Positions 1-11,055 of a DNA stretch of 64,000 nt are shown in pieces. The translations under genes and the position numbers were made by a program. Source of the stretch: Balanoglossus misakiensis (Eukaryota; Animalia; Hemichordata). A model generated the notes under the pieces. It searched no databases, was not told where the DNA came from, and was given only the letters and a program-made list of their open reading frames with translations. Every line of letters starts with the position of its first letter. Position 1 is the first letter of the stretch. The stretch lies in contig CM082579.2 of NCBI GenBank assembly GCA_040954595.2, positions 1-64,000 on the forward strand. Direction: 5' to 3'.

Positions 1-1661
1 AACCCCAACCCCTCCTTCCAACCCTTACTTACCCTTAACCCTTACCCTTAACCCCTTACCCTTACCTTACCTTAACCCTTACCCTTCACCCTTACCCCCT
101 CAGAGATACACATCTCGTGATCTAACCTAACCTAACCTAACTAACCTATAACCTAACCTAACTAACCCTAACCCTAACCCTAACCCTAACCTAACCCAAA
201 CCCTAACCCTAACCTTTCCCTAACCCTAACCCCAATCCCTAACCCTTACCAGTCCGACCCTAACCCTAACCCTATCCCTTACCCTAACCCTAACCCTACC
301 CTAACCCTAACCCTAACCCCTAACCCTAACCCTAACCCTAACCTATCCCTAACCCTACCCTAACCCTAACCCCTAACCCTAACCCAACCCTAACCCTAAC
401 CCTAACCCTAACCCTAACCCTAACCCTAACCCTAACCCTAACCCTAACCCTAACCCTAACCCTAACCCTAACCCTAACCCTAACCCTAACCCTAACCTAA
501 CCCTAACCCTAACCCTAACCCTAACCCTAACCCTAACCCTAACCCTAACCCTAACCCTAACCCTAACCCTAACCCTAACCCTAACCCTAACCCTAACCCT
601 AACCCTAACCCTAACCCTAACCCTAACCCTAACCCTAACCCTAACCCTAACCCTAACCCTAACCCTAACCCTAACCCTAACCCTAACCCTAACCCTAACC
701 CTAACCCTAACCCTAACCCTAACCCTAACCCTAACCCTAACCCTAACCCTAACCCTAACCCTAACCCTAACCCTAACCCTAACCCTAACCCTAACCCTAA
801 CCCTAACCCTAACCCTAACCCTAACCCTAACCCTAACCCTAACCCTAACCCTAACCCTAACCCTAACCCTAACCCTAACCCTAACCCTAACCCTAACCCT
901 AACCCTAACCCTAACCCTAACCCTAACCCTAACCCTAACCCTAACCCTAACCCTAACCCTAACCCTAACCCTAACCCTAACCCTAACCCTAACCCTAACC
1001 CTAACCCTAACCCTAACCCTAACCCTAACCCTAACCCTAACCCTAACCCTAACCCTAACCCTAACCCTAACCCTAACCCTAACCCTAACCCTAACCCTAA
1101 CCCTAACCCTAACCCTAACCCTAACCCTAACCCTAACCCTAACCCTAACCCTAACCCTAACCCTAACCCTAACCCTAACCCTAACCCTAACCCTAACCCT
1201 AACCCTAACCCTAACCCTAACCCTAACCCTAACCCTAACCCTAACCCTAACCCTAACCCTAACCCTAACCCTAACCCTAACCCTAACCCTAACCCTAACC
1301 CTAACCCTAACCCTAACCCTAACCCTAACCCTAACCCTAACCCTAACCCTAACCCTAACCCTAACCCTAACCCTAACCCTAACCCTAACCCTAACCCTAA
1401 CCCTAACCCTAACCCTAACCCTAACCCTAACCCTAACCCTAACCCTAACCCTAACCCTAACCCTAACCCTAACCCTAACCCTAACCCTAACCCTAACCCT
1501 AACCCTAACCCTAACCCTAACCCTAACCCTAACCCTAACCCTAACCCTAACCCTAACCCTAACCCTAACCCTAACCCTAACCCTAACCCTAACCCTAACC
1601 CTAACCCTAACCCTAACCCTAACCCTAACCCTAACCCTAACCCTACCCTAACCCTAACCCT
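1..1661 (+). repeat. Terminal telomeric array (CCCTAA)n, the left chromosome end; the first ~390 bp are degenerate or error-rich
   Basis: Near-perfect CCCTAA tandem from ~390 to ~1645. The C-rich strand at the 5' start of the window is the expected orientation for a left end. Confidence 0.98.
102..120 (+). other. Probable sequencing-adapter/barcode remnant (PacBio SMRTbell end AGAGAT plus bc1003-like ACACATCTCGTGA)
   Basis: A single non-telomeric string, AGAGATACACATCTCGTGA, sits inside the degenerate distal telomere. It matches my recollection of the SMRTbell adapter end and barcode bc1003 (ACACATCTCGTGAGAG); not verified by search. Confidence 0.65.
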
Positions 1662-4600
1662 AATCCTAGCCGAGAGCCCTGACACCTAACCCTAACCCTA
1701 ACCCAGACTGCAACCCTAACCCTAATCCTAGCCGAGGAGCCCTGGACTGGAGACCTAACCCTAATCCTAACCCCAGACTGCAACCCTAACCCTAATCCTA
1801 GCCGAGGAGCCCTGGACTGGAGACCTAACCCTAATCCTAACCCCAGACTGCAACCCTAACCCTAATCCTAGCCGAGGAGCCCTGGACTGGAGACCTAACC
1901 CTAATCCTAACCCCAGACTGCAACCCTAACCCTAATCCTAGCCGAGGAGCCCTGGACTGGAGACCTAACCCTAATCCTAACCCCAGACTGCAACCCTAAC
2001 CCTAATCCTAGCCGAGGAGCCCTGGACTGGAGACCTAACCCTAATCCTAACCCCAGACTGCAACCCTAACCCTAATCCTAGCCGAGGAGCCCTGGACTGG
2101 AGACCTAACCCTAATCCTAACCCCAGACTGCAACCCTAACCCTAATCCTAGCCGAGGAGCCCTGGACTGGAGACCTAACCCTAATCCTAACCCCAGACTG
2201 CAACCCTAACCCTAATCCTAGCCGAGGAGCCCTGGACTGGAGACCTAACCCTAATCCTAACCCCAGACTGCAACCCTAACCCTAATCCTAGCCGAGGAGC
2301 CCTGGACTGGAGACCTAACCCTAATCCTAACCCCAGACTGCAACCCTAACCCTAATCCTAGCCGAGGAGCCCTGGACTGGAGACCTAACCCTAATCCTAA
2401 CCCCAGACTGCAACCCTAACCCTAATCCTAGCCGAGGAGCCCTGGACTGGAGACCTAACCCTAATCCTAACCCCAGACTGCAACCCTAACCCTAATCCTA
2501 GCCGAGGAGCCCTGGACTGGAGACCTAACCCTAATCCTAACCCCAGACTGCAACCCTAACCCTAATCCTAGCCGAGGAGCCCTGGACTGGAGACCTAACC
2601 CTAATCCTAACCCCAGACTGCAACCCTAACCCTAATCCTAGCCGAGGAGCCCTGGACTGGAGACCTAACCCTAATCCTAACCCCAGACTGCAACCCTAAC
2701 CCTAATCCTAGCCGAGGAGCCCTGGACTGGAGACCTAACCCTAATCCTAACCCCAGACTGCAACCCTAACCCTAATCCTAGCCGAGGAGCCCTGGACTGG
2801 AGACCTAACCCTAATCCTAACCCCAGACTGCAACCCTAACCCTAATCCTAGCCGAGGAGCCCTGGACTGGAGACCTAACCCTAATCCTAACCCCAGACTG
2901 CAACCCTAACCCTAATCCTAGCCGAGGAGCCCTGGACTGGAGACCTAACCCTAATCCTAACCCCAGACTGCAACCCTAACCCTAATCCTAGCCGAGGAGC
3001 CCTGGACTGGAGACCTAACCCTAATCCTAACCCCAGACTGCAACCCTAACCCTAATCCTAGCCGAGGAGCCCTGGACTGGAGACCTAACCCTAATCCTAA
3101 CCCCAGACTGCAACCCTAACCCTAATCCTAGCCGAGGAGCCCTGGACTGGAGACCTAACCCTAATCCTAACCCCAGACTGCAACCCTAACCCTAATCCTA
3201 GCCGAGGAGCCCTGGACTGGAGACCTAACCCTAATCCTAACCCCAGACTGCAACCCTAACCCTAATCCTAGCCGAGGAGCCCTGGACTGGAGACCTAACC
3301 CTAATCCTAACCCCAGACTGCAACCCTAACCCTAATCCTAGCCGAGGAGCCCTGGACTGGAGACCTAACCCTAATCCTAACCCCAGACTGCAACCCTAAC
3401 CCTAATCCTAGCCGAGGAGCCCTGGACTGGAGACCTAACCCTAATCCTAACCCCAGACTGCAACCCTAACCCTAATCCTAGCCGAGGAGCCCTGGACTGG
3501 AGACCTAACCCTAATCCTAACCCCAGACTGCAACCCTAACCCTAATCCTAGCCGAGGAGCCCTGGACTGGAGACCTAACCCTAATCCTAACCCCAGACTG
3601 CAACCCTAACCCTAATCCTAGCCGAGGAGCCCTGGACTGGAGACCTAACCCTAATCCTAACCCCAGACTGCAACCCTAACCCTAATCCTAGCCGAGGAGC
3701 CCTGGACTGGAGACCTAACCCTAATCCTAACCCCAGACTGCAACCCTAACCCTAATCCTAGCCGAGGAGCCCTGGACTGGAGACCTAACCCTAATCCTAA
3801 CCCCAGACTGCAACCCTAACCCTAATCCTAGCCGAGGAGCCCTGGACTGGAGACCTAACCCTAATCCTAACCCCAGACTGCAACCCTAACCCTAATCCTA
3901 GCCGAGGAGCCCTGGACTGGAGACCTAACCCTAATCCTAACCCCAGACTGCAACCCTAACCCTAATCCTAGCCGAGGAGCCCTGGACTGGAGACCTAACC
4001 CTAATCCTAACCCCAGACTGCAACCCTAACCCTAATCCTAGCCGAGGAGCCCTGGACTGGAGACCTAACCCTAATCCTAACCCCAGACTGCAACCCTAAC
4101 CCTAATCCTAGCCGAGGAGCCCTGGACTGGAGACCTAACCCTAATCCTAACCCCAGACTGCAACCCTAACCCTAATCCTAGCCGAGGAGCCCTGGACTGG
4201 AGACCTAACCCTAATCCTAACCCCAGACTGCAACCCTAACCCTAATCCTAGCCGAGGAGCCCTGGACTGGAGACCTAACCCTAATCCTAACCCCAGACTG
4301 CAACCCTAACCCTAATCCTAGCCGAGGAGCCCTGGACTGGAGACCTAACCCTAATCCTAACCCCAGACTGCAACCCTAACCCTAATCCTAGCCGAGGAGC
4401 CCTGGACTGGAGACCTAACCCTAATCCTAACCCCAGACTGCAACCCTAACCCTAATCCTAGCCGAGGAGCCCTGGACTGGAGACCTAACCCTAATCCTAA
4501 CCCCAGACTGCAACCCTAACCCTAATCCTAGCCGAGGAGCCCTGGACTGGAGACCTAACCCTAATCCTAACCCCAGACTGCAACCCTAACCCTAATCCTA

Positions 4601-5204
4601 GCCGAGGAGCCCTGGACTGGAGACCTAACCCTAATCCTAACCCCAGACTGCAACCCTAACCCTAATCCTAGCCGAGGAGCCCTGGACTGGAGACCTAACC
4701 CTAATCCTAACCCCAGACTGCAACCCTAACCCTAATCCTAGCCGAGGAGCCCTGGACTGGAGACCTAACCCTAATCCTAACCCCAGACTGCAACCCTAAC
4801 CCTAATCCTAGCCGAGGAGCCCTGGACTGGAGACCTAACCCTAATCCTAACCCCAGACTGCAACCCTAACCCTAATCCTAGCCGAGGAGCCCTGGACTGG
4901 AGACCTAACCCTAATCCTAACCCCAGACTGCAACCCTAACCCTAATCCTAGCCGAGGAGCCCTGGACTGGAGACCTAACCCTAATCCTAACCCCAGACTG
5001 CAACCCTAACCCTAATCCTAGCCGAGGAGCCCTGGACTGGAGACCTAACCCTAATCCTAACCCCAGACTGCAACCCTAACCCTAATCCTAGCCGAGGAGC
5101 CCTGGACTGGAGACCTAACCCTAACCCCAGACTGCAACCCTAACCCTAATCCTAGCCGAGGAGCCCTGGACTGGAGACCTAACCCTAATCCTAACCCCAG
5201 ACTG
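1662..5204 (+). repeat. 70-bp telomere-associated tandem repeat, ~50 copies, with embedded CCCTAA/TCCTAA motifs
   Basis: Unit CAACCCTAACCCTAATCCTAGCCGAGGAGCCCTGGACTGGAGACCTAACCCTAATCCTAACCCCAGACTG; period 70 (e.g. 1741, 1811, 1881). Internal copies look identical, the first copy is degenerate and the penultimate copy lacks 6 bp. Confidence 0.97.
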
Positions 5205-8200
5205 GAACTCTAAGGGGGCCGGGTTGCCCTCCACTTCCTGTCGTAAAGGCGCGGTCAATGGGGGCCAGGTTGGCCTCCACTTCCGGTCGTAGCCTGGCGG
5301 TCGAAGGGGTTGGGTATCAGGTTGGCCTCCGCTTCCGGCCGTAGCCTGGCGGTCGAAGGGGTTGGGTATCAGGTTGGCCTCCGCTTCCGGCCGTAGCCTG
5401 GCGGTCGAAGGGGTTGGGTATCAGGTTGGCCTCCGCTTCCGGCCGTAGCCTGGCGGTCGAAGGGGTTGGGTATCAGGTTGGCCTCCGCTTCCGGCCGTAG
5501 CCTGGCGGTCGAAGGGGTTGGGTATCAGGTTGGCCTCCGCTTCCGGCCGTAGCCTGGCGGTCGAAGGGGTTGGGTATCTGGTTGGCCTCCGCTTCCGGCC
5601 GTAGCCTGGCGGTCGAAGGGGTTGGGTATCTGGTTGGCCTCCGCTTCCGGCCGTAGCCTGGCGGTCGAAGGGGTTGGGTATCTGGTTGGCCTCCGCTTCC
5701 GGCCGTAGCCTGGCGGTCGAAGGGGTTGGGTATCAGGTTGGCCTCCGCTTCCGGCCGTAGCCTGGCGGTCGAAGGGGTTGGGTATCAGGTTGGCCTCCGC
5801 TTCCGGCCGTAGCCTGGCGGTCGAAGGGGTTGGGTATCAGGTTGGCCTCCGCTTCCGGCCGTAGCCTGGCGGTCGAAGGGGTTGGGTATCAGGTTGGCCT
5901 CCGCTTCCGGCCGTAGCCTGGCGGTCGAAGGGGTTGGGTATCAGGTTGGCCTCCGCTTCCGGCCGTAGCCTGGCGGTCGAAGGGGTTGGGTATCAGGTTG
6001 GCCTCCGCTTCCGGCCGTAGCCTGGCGGTCGAAGGGGTTGGGTATCAGGTTGGCCTCCGCTTCCGGCCGTAGCCTGGCGGTCGAAGGGGTTGGGTATCAG
6101 GTTGGCCTCCGCTTCCGGCCGTAGCCTGGCGGTCGAAGGGGTTGGGTATCAGGTTGGCCTCCGCTTCCGGCCGTAGCCTGGCGGTCGAAGGGGTTGGGTA
6201 TCAGGTTGGCCTCCGCTTCCGGCCGTAGCCTGGCGGTCGAAGGGGTTGGGTATCAGGTTGGCCTCCGCTTCCGGCCGTAGCCTGGCGGTCGAAGGGGTTG
6301 GGTATCAGGTTGGCCTCCGCTTCCGGCCGTAGCCTGGCGGTCGAAGGGGTTGGGTATCAGGTTGGCCTCCGCTTCCGGCCGTAGCCTGGCGGTCGAAGGG
6401 GTTGGGTATCAGGTTGGCCTCCGCTTCCGGCCGTAGCCTGGCGGTCGAAGGGGTTGGGTATCAGGTTGGCCTCCGCTTCCGGCCGTAGCCTGGCGGTCGA
6501 AGGGGTTGGGTATCAGGTTGGCCTCCGCTTCCGGCCGTAGCCTGGCGGTCGAAGGGGTTGGGTATCAGGTTGGCCTCCGCTTCCGGCCGTAGCCTGGCGG
6601 TCGAAGGGGTTGGGTATCAGGTTGGCCTCCGCTTCCGGCCGTAGCCTGGCGGTCGAAGGGGTTGGGTATCAGGTTGGACTCCGCTTCCGGCCGTAGCCTG
6701 GCGGTCGAAGGGGTTGGGTATCAGGTTGGCCTCCGCTTCCGGCCGTAGCCTGGCGGTCGAAGGGGTTGGGTATCAGGTTGGCCTCCGCTTCCGGCCGTAG
6801 CCTGGCGGTCGAAGGGGTTGGGTATCAGGTTGGCCTCCGCTTCCGGCCGTAGCCTGGCGGTCGAAGGGGTTGGGTATCAGGTTGGCCTCCGCTTCCGGCC
6901 GTAGCCTGGCGGTCGAAGGGGTTGGGTATCAGGTTGGCCTCCGCTTCCGGCCGTAGCCTGGCGGTCGAAGGGGTTGGGTATCAGGTTGGCCTCCGCTTCC
7001 GGCCGTAGCCTGGCGGTCGAAGGGGTTGGGTATCAGGTTGGCCTCCGCTTCCGGCCGTAGCCTGGCGGTCGAAGGGGTTGGGTATCTGGTTGGCCTCCGC
7101 TTCCGGCCGTAGCCTGGCGGTCGAAGGGGTTGGGTATCAGGTTGGCCTCCGCTTCCGGCCGTAGCCTGGCGGTCGAAGGGGTTGGGTATCAGGTTGGCCT
7201 CCGCTTCCGGCCGTAGCCTGGCGGTCGAAGGGGTTGGGTATCAGGTTGGCCTCCGCTTCCGGCCGTAGCCTGGCGGTCGAAGGGGTTGGGTATCAGGTTG
7301 GCCTCCGCTTCCGGCCGTAGCCTGGCGGTCGAAGGGGTTGGGTATCAGGTTGGCCTCCGCTTCCGGCCGTAGCCTGGCGGTCGAAGGGGTTGGGTATCAG
7401 GTTGGCCTCCGCTTCCGGCCGTAGCCTGGCGGTCGAAGGGGTTGGGTATCAGGTTGGCCTCCGCTTCCGGCCGTAGCCTGGCGGTCGAAGGGGTTGGGTA
7501 TCAGGTTGGCCTCCGCTTCCGGCCGTAGCCTGGCGGTCGAAGGGGTTGGGTATCAGGTTGGCCTCCGCTTCCGGCCGTAGCCTGGCGGTCGAAGGGGTTG
7601 GGTATCAGGTTGGCCTCCGCTTCCGGCCGTAGCCTGGCGGTCGAAGGGGTTGGGTATCAGGTTGGCCTCCGCTTCCGGCCGTAGCCTGGCGGTCGAAGGG
7701 GTTGGGTATCTGGTTGGCCTCCGCTTCCGGCCGTAGCCTGGCGGTCGAAGGGGTTGGGTATCAGGTTGGCCTCCGCTTCCGGCCGTAGCCTGGCGGTCGA
7801 AGGGGTTGGGTATCAGGTTGGCCTCCGCTTCCGGCCGTAGCCTGGCGGTCGAAGGGGTTGGGTATCTGGTTGGCCTCCGCTTCCGGCCGTAGCCTGGCGG
7901 TCGAAGGGGTTGGGTATCAGGTTGGCCTCCGCTTCCGGCCGTAGCCTGGCGGTCGAAGGGGTTGGGTATCAGGTTGGCCTCCGCTTCCGGCCGTAGCCTG
8001 GCGGTCGAAGGGGTTGGGTATCTGGTTGGCCTCCGCTTCCGGCCGTAGCCTGGCGGTCGAAGGGGTTGGGTATCAGGTTGGCCTCCGCTTCCGGCCGTAG
8101 CCTGGCGGTCGAAGGGGTTGGGTATCAGGTTGGCCTCCGCTTCCGGCCGTAGCCTGGCGGTCGAAGGGGTTGGGTATCAGGTTGGCCTCCGCTTCCGGCC

Positions 8201-10630
8201 GTAGCCTGGCGGTCGAAGGGGTTGGGTATCAGGTTGGCCTCCGCTTCCGGCCGTAGCCTGGCGGTCGAAGGGGTTGGGTATCAGGTTGGCCTCCGCTTCC
8301 GGCCGTAGCCTGGCGGTCGAAGGGGTTGGGTATCAGGTTGGCCTCCGCTTCCGGCCGTAGCCTGGCGGTCGAAGGGGTTGGGTATCAGGTTGGCCTCCGC
8401 TTCCGGCCGTAGCCTGGCGGTCGAAGGGGTTGGGTATCAGGTTGGCCTCCGCTTCCGGCCGTAGCCTGGCGGTCGAAGGGGTTGGGTATCAGGTTGGCCT
8501 CCGCTTCCGGCCGTAGCCTGGCGGTCGAAGGGGTTGGGTATCTGGTTGGCCTCCGCTTCCGGCCGTAGCCTGGCGGTCGAAGGGGTTGGGTATCAGGTTG
8601 GCCTCCGCTTCCGGCCGTAGCCTGGCGGTCGAAGGGGTTGGGTATCAGGTTGGCCTCCGCTTCCGGCCGTAGCCTGGCGGTCGAAGGGGTTGGGTATCAG
8701 GTTGGCCTCCGCTTCCGGCCGTAGCCTGGCGGTCGAAGGGGTTGGGTATCAGGTTGGCCTCCGCTTCCGGCCGTAGCCTGGCGGTCGAAGGGGTTGGGTA
8801 TCAGGTTGGCCTCCGCTTCCGGCCGTAGCCTGGCGGTCGAAGGGGTTGGGTATCAGGTTGGCCTCCGCTTCCGGCCGTAGCCTGGCGGTCGAAGGGGTTG
8901 GGTATCAGGTTGGCCTCCGCTTCCGGCCGTAGCCTGGCGGTCGAAGGGGTTGGGTATCTGGTTGGCCTCCGCTTCCGGCCGTAGCCTGGCGGTCGAAGGG
9001 GTTGGGTATCAGGTTGGCCTCCGCTTCCGGCCGTAGCCTGGCGGTCGAAGGGGTTGGGTATCAGGTTGGCCTCCGCTTCCGGCCGTAGCCTGGCGGTCGA
9101 AGGGGTTGGGTATCAGGTTGGCCTCCGCTTCCGGCCGTAGCCTGGCGGTCGAAGGGGTTGGGTATCAGGTTGGCCTCCGCTTCCGGCCGTAGCCTGGCGG
9201 TCGAAGGGGTTGGGTATCTGGTTGGCCTCCGCTTCCGGCCGTAGCCTGGCGGTCGAAGGGGTTGGGTATCTGGTTGGCCTCCGCTTCCGGCCGTAGCCTG
9301 GCGGTCGAAGGGGTTGGGTATCTGGTTGGCCTCCGCTTCCGGCCGTAGCCTGGCGGTCGAAGGGGTTGGGTATCTGGTTGGCCTCCGCTTCCGGCCGTAG
9401 CCTGGCGGTCGAAGGGGTTGGGTATCAGGTTGGCCTCCGCTTCCGGCCGTAGCCTGGCGGTCGAAGGGGTTGGGTATCAGGTTGGCCTCCGCTTCCGGCC
9501 GTAGCCTGGCGGTCGAAGGGGTTGGGTATCAGGTTGGCCTCCGCTTCCGGCCGTAGCCTGGCGGTCGAAGGGGTTGGGTATCAGGTTGGCCTCCGCTTCC
9601 GGCCGTAGCCTGGCGGTCGAAGGGGTTGGGTATCAGGTTGGCCTCCGCTTCCGGCCGTAGCCTGGCGGTCGAAGGGGTTGGGTATCAGGTTGGCCTCCGC
9701 TTCCGGCCGTAGCCTGGCGGTCGAAGGGGTTGGGTATCAGGTTGGCCTCCGCTTCCGGCCGTAGCCTGGCGGTCGAAGGGGTTGGGTATCAGGTTGGCCT
9801 CCGCTTCCGGCCGTAGCCTGGCGGTCGAAGGGGTTGGGTATCAGGTTGGCCTCCGCTTCCGGCCGTAGCCTGGCGGTCGAAGGGGTTGGGTATCAGGTTG
9901 GCCTCCGCTTCCGGCCGTAGCCTGGCGGTCGAAGGGGTTGGGTATCAGGTTGGCCTCCGCTTCCGGCCGTAGCCTGGCGGTCGAAGGGGTTGGGTATCAG
10001 GTTGGCCTCCGCTTCCGGCCGTAGCCTGGCGGTCGAAGGGGTTGGGTATCAGGTTGGCCTCCGCTTCCGGCCGTAGCCTGGCGGTCGAAGGGGTTGGGTA
10101 TCTGGTTGGCCTCCGCTTCCGGCCGTAGCCTGGCGGTCGAAGGGGTTGGGTATCTGGTTGGCCTCCGCTTCCGGCCGTAGCCTGGCGGTCGAAGGGGTTG
10201 GGTATCAGGTTGGCCTCCGCTTCCGGCCGTAGCCTGGCGGTCGAAGGGGTTGGGTATCTGGTTGGCCTCCGCTTCCGGCCGTAGCCTGGCGGTCGAAGGG
10301 GTTGGGTATCAGGTTGGCCTCCGCTTCCGGCCGTAGCCTGGCGGTCGAAGGGGTTGGGTATCAGGTTGGCCTCCGCTTCCGGCCGTAGCCTGGCGGTCGA
10401 AGGGGTTGGGTATCAGGTTGGCCTCCGCTTCCGGCCGTAGCCTGGCGGTCGAAGGGGTTGGGTATCAGGTTGGCCTCCGCTTCCGGCCGTAGCCTGGCGG
10501 TCGAAGGGGTTGGGTATCAGGTTGGCCTCCGCTTCCGGCCGTAGCCTGGCGGTCGAAGGGGTTGGGTATCAGGTTGGCCTCCGCTTCCGGCCGTAGCCTG
10601 GCGGTCGAAGGGGTTGGGTATCAGGTTGGC

Positions 10631-11055
10631 GTGGTGAATCCGGGCCAAGTTGCCGGCGACTTCCGGTCGTAACGGCGCGGTGAATCTGGGCCAAGTTGCC
10701 GGCGACTTCCGGTCGTAACGGCGCAAGAATCTGGGCCAAGTTGCCGGAGACTTCCTGTGAATCCGGGCCAAGTTGCGGCAACTTCCGGTCGTAACGGCGC
10801 GGTGAATCAGGGCCAAGTTGCCGGCGACTTCCGGTGGTAACGGTGCGGTGAATCTGGGCCAAGTTGCCGGCGACTTCCGGTCGTAACGGCGCAAGAATCT
10901 GGGCCAAGTTGCCGGAGACTTCCTGTGAATCCGGGCCAAGTTGCGGCGACTTCCGGTCGTAACAGCGCGGTGAATCAGGGCCAAGTTGCCGGCGACTTCC
11001 GGTGGTAACGGCGCGGTGAATCTGGGCCAAGTTGCCGGCGACTTCCGGTCGTAAC
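10631..11055 (+). repeat. 425-bp cassette 1 of 46/45/32-bp units inside the 52-bp array
   Basis: Starts GTGGTGAATCC and ends GTCGTAAC. Unit lengths 46-45-32-45-46-45-32-45-46 plus partial ends sum to 425. Confidence 0.93.

Noticed and set aside
1-390. Variant telomeric repeats (CCCTTA, CCTAA) as a second telomere motif
   Set aside because: They are confined to the low-coverage contig tip next to a probable adapter remnant and are most likely sequencing errors.
492-1685. 397-aa poly-(GL) ORF
   Set aside because: It is simply the translation of (TTAGGG)n, with no evidence of a gene.
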